Notes: generated by a model from the letters alone, not told the origin. A stretch of 64,000 bases of DNA from an uncultured Actinomycetota bacterium (GCA_963721555.1 CAVRJU010000005.1:119222-183221), one strand, 5' to 3'. Shown: positions 15,582 through 27,065, numbered from the stretch's first letter. Program-made: numbers and translations.

Positions 15582-16711
15582 GCGGGCGTCACGGGCTCGT
15601 CGGCCCCGACCCGGGCCGTCGCGGTGATCGTGCAGGAGCCGACCACCCGCGTGCCCTGGTAGACCACGGCCGACTGCCCCGGCGCGATGCCCTGGGCCGG
15701 GTCGAGCAGGTCGATCGCGACCTCGTCGCCGTCGACACGCACCCGGGCCCGGTGCTCGGACCCGTGCGCACGCAGCTGCACGGTGCCCTCGAGCGAGCCG
15801 GCCGGCGCCTGCCCGCACCAGCGCGCGGAGGTGCCGAGCACGCGGTCCACCGTCAGCGCCTCGCGCGGGCCGACGGTGACGGTGCCGCTCACCGGCTCGA
15901 TGTCGAGCACGAAGCGGGGCCGGCCGTCCGGGGCCGGGGTGCCGAGCCGCAGCCCGCGACGCTGACCGACGGTGAACGCGTAGGAGCCGCTGTGGGTGCC
16001 CACGACCTCGCCGGTGCCGTGGTCGACGAAGGTGCCCTCACGGTGCCCCGCGCGGTCGCCGACCTTCTCGCGCAGCCACCCCGCGGTGTCACCGTCGGCG
16101 ATGAAGCAGATGTCGTGGCTGTCGGGCTTGTCGGCCACCAGCAGGCCGCGCCGCTCCGCCTCGGCCCGCACCTGCGGCTTCGGGGTGTCACCGAGCGGGA
16201 ACAGCGAGTGCCGCAGCTGCTCCTGGGTCAGCACCCCCAGCACGTAGGACTGGTCCTTGCCGGCGTCCTCGGCGCGGTGCATCTCGACGGTGCCGTCCGC
16301 GGCCTCGACCACGCGGGCGTAGTGACCGGTCGCCACGGCGTCGAACCCGAGCGCGCGAGCGCGGTCCAGCACGGCGGCGAACTTGATCTTCTCGTTGCAG
16401 CGCAGGCACGGGTTCGGGGTGCGCCCGGCGAGGTACTCCGCCTCGAAGTCCTGCACCACGTCGGTGTGGAAGCGCTCGCTCAGGTCCCAGACGTAGAAGG
16501 GGATCCCGAGGACGTCGGCGGCCCGGCGGGCGTCGTTGGCGTCCTCGATCGTGCAGCAGCCGCGGGCGCCGGCGCGGTGGCTGGCCGGGTTGCGCGACAG
16601 CGCCAGGTGGACGCCGGTGACCTCGTGGCCCGCCTCGACGGCGCGGGCGGCCGCGACGGCGGAGTCGACGCCACCGGACATGGCCGCGACCACCTTCAAG
16701 GGCGTGCTCAC
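15578..16711 (-). CDS. mnmA: tRNA 2-thiouridine(34) synthase
   Basis: PP-loop [13 protein letters not shown], catalytic Cys regions ([12 protein letters not shown].., [19 protein letters not shown]). GTG start overlaps the iscS stop. Confidence 0.95.
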
Positions 16712-17887
16712 AGGCCCGCCACCCGGGCCCGCTCGACGGCCGGGACGAGGGCCTCGACGACCGCGTCGACGTCGGCGGCGGTGCTCGTGCGGCCCAGCGA
16801 GAGCCGCAGCGAGCTGCGGGCATCGGCCTCGTCGCGGCCCATCGCGAGCAGCACGTGGCTGGGCCGCGGCACCCCGGCCGAGCAGGCCGACCCGGTCGAG
16901 ACCTCGATGCCGCGGTGGTCGAGCAGCATGAGCAGGGAGTCGCCCTCACAGCCGGGGAAGCTGAGGTGGGCGTTGCCCGGGAGCCGGTGGACCGGGTCGC
17001 CGTTGAGCCGCACGTCGGGCAGCACGGCCTGCAGGCGGCTCACCAGGTCGTCACGGAGGGCGCCGACCCGGGCGGCGTGCTCCACCTGACGCTCCACCGC
17101 CAGCTCGGTGGCCGTGGCGAAGGCCGCGATGGCGGGCACGTCGATGGTGCCCGAGCGGATGCTGCGCTCCTGGCCGCCCCCGTGCAGCAGGGGCGTCGGG
17201 GACAGGTCGCGGCGCACGAGCAGCGCCCCGACGCCGTACGGTCCGCCGAGCTTGTGGGCGGTCAGCGTCAGCGCGTCGACGCCGCTGGCGGCGAAGTCCA
17301 CACCCACGGCGCCGACGGCCTGGACGGCGTCGGTGTGCACCGGTACGCCGTGCCGGGCCGCGAGCGCGACCACCTCGGCTGACCGGCTGGAGGGTGCCGA
17401 CCTCGTTGTTGGCCCACATGACCGTGACGAGGGCGACCGAGCCGGGGTCCTCGTCGAGACGCGCTGCGAGCCCGTCGAGGTCCACACGGCCCTCGCCGTC
17501 CACGTCGAGCCAGGTCACGCGGGCGCCGTCGTGCTCGGCGAGCCACGCGACCGGGTCGAGCACGGCGTGGTGCTCGGTGGCCGGGCACAGGACGTGGTCG
17601 CGGGCCGGGTCCTCGCGGCGGCGGGTCCAGGTGATGCCCTTGACGGCCAGGTTGTCGGCCTCGGTGCCGCCCGAGGTGAAGACGACCTCGCTGGGGCGCG
17701 CCCCGAGGGCGGCAGCGATCCGCTCGCGGGACTCCTCGACGACCTTGCGCGCCGCACGGCCGGAACCGTGCAGGCTGTTGGCGTTGCCGGTACGGGCGAG
17801 GAGACCGGCCATCACCTCGACGGCCTCCGGCACCATCGGGGTGGTCGCCGCGTGGTCGAGGTAGACGTGCGGGGTGGTCTCGGTCAT
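16708..17887 (-). pseudogene. iscS: class V aminotransferase cysteine desulfurase (IscS/NifS type) interrupted by one +1 frameshift near 17380
   Basis: The N-terminal half (MTETTPHVYLDHAATTP.., FTSGGTEADN, ..[14 protein letters not shown]) is in the frame of ORF 17051..18196. The C-terminal half ([42 protein letters not shown]) is in the frame of ORF 16708..17487. Junction reads CAG CCG GTC A GCC GAG GTG. Confidence 0.8.
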
Positions 17888-17958
17888 CGCCGGACCAGGG
17901 TACGTCGTCGCCCGGCGGCTCACCCGGGCGCGGCTCCGCCTCGCGGGCAGACGGAAAC

Positions 17959-17990
17959 GGGCCGCCCCCACCTGACGTGGGAGACGGCCC
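17959..17990 (-). terminator. GC-rich stem-loop followed by GTTTCCGTCT on the minus strand; candidate etfBA terminator
   Basis: Minus strand reads GGGCCGTCTCCCAC-GTCAG-GTGGGGGCGGCCC (one mismatch) then GTTTCCGTCT. It lies between the 39-bp array and the iscS start. The U-tract is weak. Confidence 0.3.
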
Positions 17991-18007
17991 GTGTCGCGGG
18001 TGCCTGG

Positions 18008-18199
18008 TCTCGACGACGGTCGCTTCGCGACCTGCTCGACCACCGGTTGTGACGACGGTCGCTTCGCGACCTGCTCGACCACCGGTTGTGACGACGGTCG
18101 CTTCGCGACCTGCTCGACCACCGGTTGTGACGACGGTCGCTTCGCGACCTGCTCGACCACCGGTTGACGACGGTCGCTCGCGACCTGCTCGACCACCGG
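18008..18199. repeat. tandem array of a 39-bp unit: 4 near-identical copies plus one degenerate 36-bp copy
   Basis: Plus-strand unit is gacgacggtcgcttcgcgacctgctcgaccaccggttgt. The array is visible in the ORF track as [13 protein letters not shown] x4 on the minus strand and [13 protein letters not shown] x4 on the plus strand. Each unit contains the hairpin ggtcgc-ttc-gcgacc. Confidence 0.9.
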
Positions 18200-18207
18200 G
18201 AGGCGGA

Positions 18208-19155
18208 TCAGCCCTTGCGCTTGTTGATGCCCTCCGTGGCGGCGGGGAGCACGGAGTGCAGGTCGCCCACGACGCCGAAGTCGACCATCTCGAAGATGGG
18301 GGCCTCCTCGTCCTTGTTGACGGCCACGATCGTCTTCGAGGTCTGCATGCCGGCCCGGTGCTGGATGGCGCCGGAGATGCCGTTGGCGACGTACAGCTGC
18401 GGGGAGACGACCTTGCCGGTCTGACCGATCTGGAAGGAGTGCGGGTACCAGCCGGAGTCGACGGCGGCGCGGGAGGCGCCCACCGCGGCGCCGAGCGCGT
18501 CGGCCATGTCCTCGACCTCGGAGAAGTCGCCGCCGGTGCCGCGGCCGCCGGCCACGACGATGGCGGCGTCGGTCAGCTCGGGACGGCCCGAGGACTTCTT
18601 CGGCTCCACGCCGACGAGCTTGGCGCCCTTGGCCGCGTCGGGCAGCGTGAAGGACACCTCCTCGACGGTGCCGGCGCCGTCTGCGGCCTCCGGCGTCGCG
18701 GAGTTCGGCTTCACGCAGATGATCGGCGTGCCCTTGGTGACCTTGGCCTGCACGGTGAAGTTCCCGGCGAAGACCGACTGGGTCGTCACGCCGCCCTCGG
18801 CGACGTCGACGGCGTCGGTGATGAGGCCCGACTCGGTCTTGACCGCGAGGCGGGCGGCGATCTCCTTGCCCTCGGCGGTGGAGGTGACCAGCACGGCGGC
18901 CGGGGAGGCCGAGCCGACGAGCTGGGCCAGGACCTCGGCCTTGGGGGTGACCAGGTAGGGCCCGAGCGCCTTGGCCGGCACGGTGTAGATCTTCGCGGCG
19001 CCGTACTCCTTGAGCGCCGCAGCGGCGTCGTCGGACAGGTCGCCGATGAAGACCGCGGACGGCTCGCCGAGCCTGCGCGCGATCGTCAGCATCTCGTGGG
19101 TGGTCTTGCGAACGCTTCCGCCGACGTGGTCGACGAGAACCAGAACCTCGCTCAT
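18208..19155 (-). CDS. etfA: electron transfer flavoprotein subunit alpha
   Basis: 315 aa. C-terminal FAD-binding region (VVAGGRG.., [37 protein letters not shown]). Lies downstream of etfB. Confidence 0.9.
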   Translation of the reverse strand: MSEVLVLVDHVGGSVRKTTHEMLTIARRLGEPSAVFIGDLSDDAAAALKEYGAAKIYTVPAKALGPYLVTPKAEVLAQLVGSASPAAVLVTSTAEGKEIAARLAVKTESGLITDAVDVAEGGVTTQSVFAGNFTVQAKVTKGTPIICVKPNSATPEAADGAGTVEEVSFTLPDAAKGAKLVGVEPKKSSGRPELTDAAIVVAGGRGTGGDFSEVEDMADALGAAVGASRAAVDSGWYPHSFQIGQTGKVVSPQLYVANGISGAIQHRAGMQTSKTIVAVNKDEEAPIFEMVDFGVVGDLHSVLPAATEGINKRKG

Positions 19156-19208
19156 GGTGATCTCTTCCTCGAAACTGGGGGGAGACGGGGTCGGCGTGCC
19201 GACTCCGG

Positions 19209-19994
19209 TCAGATGAACTTCTTGGACGCCAGGAAGCCGACCAGCGCCTCGGCGCCGCTGCCGCCGTCGTCGGTGACGATCTCGCCGGCGGTCCGCGGGG
19301 GACGCTCCTCGGTGCCCTCGACGGTGGACCAGGCGGCCGACAGGCCGACCATCTCGGCGTCGACGCCGAGGTCGCTCAGCGACCAGGTCTCGACGGGCTT
19401 CTTCTTGGCCGCCATGATCCCCTTGAACGACGGGTAGCGGGCCTCACCGGTCTGGTCGGTGACCGACAGGACCGCGGGCAGCGTGGCCTCGACCATGACG
19501 GTCGCGGCGTCGCCGTCGCGACGGATCTTCACCGTGTCGCCGTCGACCTCGAGCTCGGAGGCGAAGGTGACGCCGGGGTAGCCCAGCCGCTCGGACAGCA
19601 TCGCCGGCACGACGCCCATGACGCCGTCGGTGGAGGCCATGCCGCACAGCACGATGTCGTGCTCGGTCTTCTTCACGGCCTCGGCCAGCACCAGCGAGGT
19701 GGCGAGCGAGTCGGAGCCGGCGATGGCGTCGTCGGAGACGTGGATGCCCTTGTCGGCTCCCATCTGCAGGGCCTTGCGCACGGCGTCGGAGGCACCCTCG
19801 GGGCCGACCGTCAGCACGGTCACCTCGCTGTCGTCGGCGAGCTTCTCCTTCAGCTGCAGCGCCTGCTCGACGGCGTACTCGTCCAGCTCGGACAGCAGAC
19901 CGTCGACTCCGACGCGGTCCACCGTGTTGTCATCCTCGAACCGGCGCTCGCCGGTGGCGTCGGGAACGTACTTCACACACACGACAATGTTCAT
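19209..19994 (-). CDS. etfB: electron transfer flavoprotein subunit beta
   Basis: MNIVVCVKYVPD.. start, LSELDEYAVEQAL, VLCGMASTDG; 261 aa. Confidence 0.9.
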   Translation of the reverse strand: MNIVVCVKYVPDATGERRFEDDNTVDRVGVDGLLSELDEYAVEQALQLKEKLADDSEVTVLTVGPEGASDAVRKALQMGADKGIHVSDDAIAGSDSLATSLVLAEAVKKTEHDIVLCGMASTDGVMGVVPAMLSERLGYPGVTFASELEVDGDTVKIRRDGDAATVMVEATLPAVLSVTDQTGEARYPSFKGIMAAKKKPVETWSLSDLGVDAEMVGLSAAWSTVEGTEERPPRTAGEIVTDDGGSGAEALVGFLASKKFI

Positions 19995-20136
19995 GGCAGA
20001 TTCGGCCCGGGAGGGCCCCTCCTGTGCACTCGGTTGCTTCGAGGTTACCCGGCAGTCACATAGACCCGCACCCAGTGCCGGGCGTGGGGTCAGTCACAGG
20101 GTCCCGGGGCCGGGCGGACAGCGGGACCGGCGGAGG

Positions 20137-20547
20137 TCAGGGGCGGACGAGCCGCTCGATGATCTTGCCCGCGACGATCCAGACGACGGCGCAGATGCCC
20201 CAGTTGACCAGCACCGTCTTGGTGACGTCGACGCCGCCCTTCTTGCCGCCCTCGCGGAACTCCTTGAGGGTGCCGAGGAAGTTCAGGTTGTCGGCGGTGT
20301 CGGTGATGAACTCCACGACGCCGTTCTGCCGGTTGAAGTCCAGCACGATCAGCAGCGCGCCGACCGCCAGGATCGCGGCAGCGACCACCGAGACGATCCA
20401 GATGACGGTGGCGGCCAGCGACCTGACCCGCGTCAGCTCGGCGCCCGCGCTGAAGCCCTTGCCGGAGGACTTCTTGCGCCGTCCCCCGGACTTCTTGTCG
20501 GGCGCGTCCTCGGACTTCTCGGACTTCTCCGACTTCTGCTCACTCAT
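20137..20547 (-). CDS. small membrane protein, unknown function
   Basis: Lys/Ser-rich N-terminus (SEKSEKSE), two hydrophobic helices, high GC3. No family recognised. Confidence 0.55.
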   Translation of the reverse strand: MSEQKSEKSEKSEDAPDKKSGGRRKKSSGKGFSAGAELTRVRSLAATVIWIVSVVAAAILAVGALLIVLDFNRQNGVVEFITDTADNLNFLGTLKEFREGGKKGGVDVTKTVLVNWGICAVVWIVAGKIIERLVRP

Positions 20548-20593
20548 GGCCGTGGTCCCTCCCTCTCCTCGCGCAGGCTAGCCGACCCATGGC

Positions 20594-21382
20594 TCAGGCA
20601 CCGGAGAACCGGGCCTTGCCCGGGCCGTTCTCGATGAACGACTGCATGCCGGTGGTCCGGTCCTCGGTGGCGAAGAGTGCGGCGAACTGCTGGCGCTCGA
20701 TCTCCAGCCCGGTCTCGAGGTCGACCTCGCCCCCCCGGTCGACGGACTCCTTGGCTGCCCGCAGGGCCAGGGCCGCGGCGCCGGAGAACTGCCGCGCCCA
20801 GGCCACCGCTTCGGCGTACACCGCCTCAGCGGGGACGACGCGGTCGACGAGCCCGATCGCGAGCGCCTCCTCGGCCTTGACGAAGCGTCCGGTGAAGATC
20901 AGGTCCTTGGCGCGGCTCGGCCCGACCAGGCGGGTGAGCCGCTGGGTGCCGCCGGCGCCGGGGATGATGCCGAGCAGGATCTCGGGCTGGCCGAGCGTGG
21001 CGTCGTCGGCGGCGATGCGCACGTCGGCGCACAGCGCGAGCTCGCAGCCGCCGCCGAGGGCGTAGCCGGTGACCGCGGCCACGACCGGCTTGGGGATGCG
21101 GGCGACCGCCGTCAACGAGGACTGCAGGCCGCCGGAGCGGGAGACCATGTCCTTGTAGGACATCTCCGCCATCTCCTTGATGTCGGCGCCGGCGGCGAAC
21201 ACCCGCTCCCCGCCGTAGACGACCACCGCGCGGACGTCGTCGCGCTCGGTGGCCTGCTGCGCGGCGGCCCGGATCTCCTCCTGCACCTGCTGGTTCAGCG
21301 CGTTCATCTTCGGCCGGTCCAGCCGGATCGTGCCGACACCGTCCTCGACCTCGAGCCTGACGAACTCCACGGGCACCTCCAC
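20594..21382 (-). CDS. enoyl-CoA hydratase (crotonase family)
   Basis: VFAAGADIKEM and GYALGGGCELALCADVRIAA (oxyanion hole and catalytic Glu region). GTG start chosen at VEVPVEF; alternative GTGs lie within 12 nt. Confidence 0.85.
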   Translation of the reverse strand: MEVPVEFVRLEVEDGVGTIRLDRPKMNALNQQVQEEIRAAAQQATERDDVRAVVVYGGERVFAAGADIKEMAEMSYKDMVSRSGGLQSSLTAVARIPKPVVAAVTGYALGGGCELALCADVRIAADDATLGQPEILLGIIPGAGGTQRLTRLVGPSRAKDLIFTGRFVKAEEALAIGLVDRVVPAEAVYAEAVAWARQFSGAAALALRAAKESVDRGGEVDLETGLEIERQQFAALFATEDRTTGMQSFIENGPGKARFSGA

Positions 21383-21479
21383 GACGCTCTCGGGCCGTGC
21401 GGTCGCCCGGCCACCGGTCCGCACCCTAGCCCGCCCTCCACCCACGGCCGGCCGCGTGGCCCGGGACGACCCGGGCACA

Positions 21480-23636
<2,157 letters not shown>

Positions 23637-23648
23637 GGCCCCGCCGGG

Positions 23649-26231
23649 TCAGGACGGGACGGCGACCAGGCCCATCTCGGCGATCGAGGCGAGGCGGTTG
23701 TTCCGCGGGACGACCCGGACGGTGTAGCCGAACGAGCCCGACGTGGCCAGGGTGACGGTCCCGTCGAAGCGGTGCCGGTTGGCCTCGTAGGACTCGGCCG
23801 CCTTCAGCGGGACCGTGCCGGCGACCGTCATGACGTCCTCGTCGCGGACCCGGCCGTGCACGACCTGCACCTCGACGTCGTCGGGGCTGAGCGAGCCGAG
23901 GGAGACGAAGGCGTGCACCGTCATGGTGGCGCCGACCTCCGGGGAGTCGCCGACGCCGTCGGAGTCGACGTGCTCGACGGCGACGTCGCCCCAGCCGGCG
24001 CGCACGCGTGCCTTCCAGGTGGCGAGGTCCTGCGCGCCGGCGTAGTCGTGGTTGAGGGTGCGCGAGGACTCGGCGGCCGGCACGTAGAGCGTGTCGACGT
24101 AGTCGCTGACCATCCGGTCGGCGAGCACCTTGGGCCCGAGCGACTTGAGGGTGTGACGCACCATCTCCAGCCAGCGGCCCGGCGTACCGTCCGCGTCGTG
24201 GTCGTAGAACCGCGGCGCGACCTCGCGCTCGATCAGGTCGTACAGCGCCTCGGACTCCAGGTCGTCACGACGGTCGGGGTCCTCGACGCCGTCGGCCGAC
24301 GGGATCGCCCAGCCGTTGTTGCCGTCGAACCACTCGTCCCACCAGCCGTCGAGGATCGACAGGTTGAGCCCGCCGTTCAGCGCCGCCTTCATGCCGGAGG
24401 TGCCGCACGCCTCGTAGGGCCGCAGGGGGTTGTTCAGCCAGACGTCGCAGCCCGGGTAGAGCGGCAGCGCCATCTTGATGTCGTAGTTGGGCAGGAAGAC
24501 GATGCGGTGGCGCACCTCCGGGTCGTCGGCGAACCGCACGATCTCCTGGATGAGCCGCTTGCCGCCCTCGTCGGCCGGGTGCGACTTGCCGGCGATGACC
24601 AGCTGGATCGGGCGCTCGGGGTGCAGCAGCAGCGACTTGAGGCGGGCGGGGTCGCGCAGCATCAGCGTCAGCCGCTTGTACGACGGCACGCGGCGGGCGA
24701 ACCCGATGGTCAGCACGTCGGGGTCCAGCGCGGAGTCGATCCACTTCAGCTCCGCCGGGGCCGCGCCCCGGTGGGCCCAGGAGTCGCGCAGCCGCTTGCG
24801 GGCGTCGACGACGAGCCGCTCGCGCAGGTCGCGCTTGACGGACCAGATCTTCGTCGACGGCACCTCGTCGGCGACGTCGAAGACACGTGACGCGCTGTCG
24901 GCCCCGGGGCCGGAGCCCGGCTCGACGCCGGCCTCGCGAGCGAGGTCGAAGACCTCGCGGGCGACCCAGGTCGGCGCGTGGACGCCGTTGGTGATGGAGA
25001 TGATCGGCCGGTCGGAGGCGTCGAAGGCAGGCCACAGCCCCCCGAACATCCCGCGGCTGACCTCGCCGTGCAGCTGCGAGACGCCGTTGGCGCGCTGCGC
25101 GAGCCGCAGACCCATGACGGCCATGTTGAAGACGCCGGGGTCGCCGCCCTCGAAGTCCTCCGCCCCGAGGGCGAGGATGCGCTCGACGGGCACGCCCGGG
25201 CAGGCGTTGTCGCCGCCGAAGAACTGGGTGACGAGGTCGCGCGGGAAGCGGTCGATGCCGGCCGGGACCGGGGTGTGGGTCGTGAAGACGGTGCCGGCGC
25301 GCGAGACCTCGACGGCGGCGTCGAAGTCGAGCCCCTTGTCCTCGGTCAGCTCGCGGATCCGCTCGAGGCCGAGGAAGCCCGCGTGACCCTCGTTGGTGTG
25401 GAACACCTCGGGCTCGGCGAAGCCGGTCAGCCGGGCGTGGGTGCGCACGGCGCGGACGCCGCCGATCCCGAGCAGCATCTCCTGGCGCAGCCGGTGCTCG
25501 GTGTTGCCGCCGTACAACCGGTCGGTGACGTCGCGCAGGACGCCGTGGTTCTCCTCGATGTCGGTGTCGAGCAGCAGCAGCGGGACGCGACCGACGCTGG
25601 CGACCCAGATCCGGGCCACGGCCTCCTCGCCGCCGGGCATGCCGATCGAGATGCGGGCCGGGGTGCCGTCGGCCTCCCGCAGCAGCGAGAGCGGCAGCTC
25701 GTCGGGGTCGAGGACCGGGTAGGTCTCCTCCTGCCAGCCGTCGCGCGAGAGCCACTGGCGGAAGTAGCCGTGGCGGTAGAGCAGCCCCACGCCCACGATC
25801 GGGACGCCGAGGTCGCTGGCGGACTTGAGGTGGTCGCCGGCGAGGATGCCGAGGCCGCCGCTGTACTGCGGCAGCACGGCGGTGATGCCGAACTCGGGCG
25901 AGAAGTAGGCGATCGCGGCCGGGGCGCTCTCGTCGAGCCCCTGGAACCAGCGCGGGCCGGTGAGGTACTCCGCGAGGTCGGCGCGGGCGGTCTCGAGCCG
26001 CGCCAGGAAGTCGGCGTCCTCGGCGAGCCGCGCGAGCAGGTCGGCGGGAACGAGGCCGAGGAGCTTCACCGGGTCCTGCCGGCTCTTCTCCCACAGCTCC
26101 GCGTCGATGGACTCGAAGAGGTCCTGGGTCGGCGGGTGCCAGGACCAACGGAGGTTGCCGGCCAGCTCGCCGAGAGCGGTCAGGGCGGTGGGCAGGACGG
26201 GGCGGACGGTGAACCGTCGGATAGCGCGCAC
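23649..26231 (-). CDS. glgP: alpha-glucan (glycogen/maltodextrin) phosphorylase, GT35 actinobacterial type
   Basis: GGLGILAGDHLKSASDLG, TNGVHAPTW, CGTSGMKAALNG (PLP Lys). Start moved to the GTG giving VRAIRRFTVRPVLP, matching my recollection of the M. tuberculosis GlgP N-terminus MKALRRFTVR. The 21 upstream codons of the listed ORF have atypically low GC3. Confidence 0.88.
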   Translation of the reverse strand: MRAIRRFTVRPVLPTALTALGELAGNLRWSWHPPTQDLFESIDAELWEKSRQDPVKLLGLVPADLLARLAEDADFLARLETARADLAEYLTGPRWFQGLDESAPAAIAYFSPEFGITAVLPQYSGGLGILAGDHLKSASDLGVPIVGVGLLYRHGYFRQWLSRDGWQEETYPVLDPDELPLSLLREADGTPARISIGMPGGEEAVARIWVASVGRVPLLLLDTDIEENHGVLRDVTDRLYGGNTEHRLRQEMLLGIGGVRAVRTHARLTGFAEPEVFHTNEGHAGFLGLERIRELTEDKGLDFDAAVEVSRAGTVFTTHTPVPAGIDRFPRDLVTQFFGGDNACPGVPVERILALGAEDFEGGDPGVFNMAVMGLRLAQRANGVSQLHGEVSRGMFGGLWPAFDASDRPIISITNGVHAPTWVAREVFDLAREAGVEPGSGPGADSASRVFDVADEVPSTKIWSVKRDLRERLVVDARKRLRDSWAHRGAAPAELKWIDSALDPDVLTIGFARRVPSYKRLTLMLRDPARLKSLLLHPERPIQLVIAGKSHPADEGGKRLIQEIVRFADDPEVRHRIVFLPNYDIKMALPLYPGCDVWLNNPLRPYEACGTSGMKAALNGGLNLSILDGWWDEWFDGNNGWAIPSADGVEDPDRRDDLESEALYDLIEREVAPRFYDHDADGTPGRWLEMVRHTLKSLGPKVLADRMVSDYVDTLYVPAAESSRTLNHDYAGAQDLATWKARVRAGWGDVAVEHVDSDGVGDSPEVGATMTVHAFVSLGSLSPDDVEVQVVHGRVRDEDVMTVAGTVPLKAAESYEANRHRFDGTVTLATSGSFGYTVRVVPRNNRLASIAEMGLVAVPS

Positions 26232-26237
26232 CGCAGG

Positions 26238-26276
26238 AAGGTACCGAATGGATCGTTCAAATCCAATATCGGTACC
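26238..26276 (-). promoter_or_regulatory. AT-rich imperfect palindrome with two GGTACC sites, containing a candidate -35/-10 promoter for a leaderless glgP
   Basis: Minus strand: GGTACCGATATTGGATTTGAACGATCCATTCGGTACC. TTGGAT (26266-26261), then 17 nt, then TACCTT (TANNNT, 26243-26238), then 6 nt to the GTG at 26231. No SD sequence precedes that GTG. Confidence 0.35.
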
Positions 26277-26456
26277 CACCTGCGTAACTGACAACCCTCG
26301 TGGGCGTTCCGCTGACCTTCGCCACTCCCCGACCGTCGACCACGACGGCCGCCGTCCGGTTCCCCGTCGATGTCACCGGCGCCTCGGCCGGGACGCACGA
26401 GGGGCCCCGACCATCACGGTCGAGGCCCCTCTCGTCGTACGTCCTGCTCCCCGCAC

Positions 26457-26526
26457 GAAACCGGCGCTTCCCGAGCGATGCTTCGCTCGGGAAGCGCCGG
26501 TTTCACTAGGTACCTAGTGAAACCGG
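26457..26526. repeat. nested-palindrome intergenic repeat, copy B (modules H-P)
   Basis: 22-bp perfect hairpin gaaaccggcgcttcccgagcga / tcgctcgggaagcgccggtttc with a 4-nt loop. It overlaps a 30-nt perfect palindrome ccggtttcactaggtacctagtgaaaccgg. Shares a 20-nt identical block and the GGTACC module with copy A. Confidence 0.85.
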
Positions 26527-26534
26527 CAGCCCGC

Positions 26535-27065
26535 TCAGCGCACCTTGGCGGCGACCAGGCGGCTCTGCAGCTTCGCCTCGGTGCCCATGTGGCCGGCCTC
26601 GCGGCGCAGGTCGCGCGCTGCGCGCTGGGCGCGCCAGGTGACGCCCGGCTTGCCCTCGGTGTCGACCGCGGCCAGGACCAGCCCGCCCAGCAGCGAGACG
26701 TTCTTGGCGAAGGCGAGGCGCTGGTTGTTCTTGGCCTCGGCGTCGGTCTCCTCCCAGAAGGCGTGCCCGGCGATCGTGGTCGGCACCAGGCTGGCGGCGA
26801 GCACGGTCGCCGAGACGCGCGGGAAGCGGTCGGTGGCCAAGGCCGCGGAGGCCACCAGCTGCACGCCGGCGTTGACCAGCACGAGGGTGTGCGGGTCGGA
26901 GGTGATCGGGACCTGCGGAGCGGTCTTGCGGACCGTCTTCACGATCGGGTCGGTGACCGGCTGAGCCTTGTCGGCAAGCGGCTTCGAGTTCTTGAGCGCC
27001 TCCACGGCGCCCAGGGCGAAGGTGGTGGCGAGCATGGGGCGGGCGAGGCGTCGGATCAGGGTCAT
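26535..27065 (-). CDS. DoxX-family membrane protein
   Basis: About 176 aa with 3-4 hydrophobic helices and DoxX-like layout (..LVNAGVQLVASAALA.., ..LLGGLVLAAV). Start at MTLIRR; an alternative ATG lies 18 nt upstream. Confidence 0.65.
   Translation of the reverse strand: MTLIRRLARPMLATTFALGAVEALKNSKPLADKAQPVTDPIVKTVRKTAPQVPITSDPHTLVLVNAGVQLVASAALATDRFPRVSATVLAASLVPTTIAGHAFWEETDAEAKNNQRLAFAKNVSLLGGLVLAAVDTEGKPGVTWRAQRAARDLRREAGHMGTEAKLQSRLVAAKVR

Noticed and set aside
17888-18196. The repeat array as a genuine N-terminal extension of IscS (open frame from the GTG at 18196).
   Set aside because: The linker is Arg-rich and non-protein-like, GC3 is intermediate, and a terminator-like stem lies between the array and the iscS ATG. 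The IscS N-terminus MTETTPHVYLDHAATTP is canonical. Kept only as a caveat in the findings.
18008-18199. Could the 39-bp array be a CRISPR array?
   Set aside because: The units are directly adjacent with no spacers, there are no cas genes, and the unit is larger than its period would allow for a repeat-plus-spacer layout. It is a simple tandem repeat.
26292-26294. TTG at 26294 as the glgP start, as listed in the ORF track.
   Set aside because: Low GC3 in the first 21 codons, the palindromic AT-rich content, and my recollection of homologous N-termini beginning at the (M/V)(K/R)A(I/L)RRFTVR position all favour the GTG at 26231.
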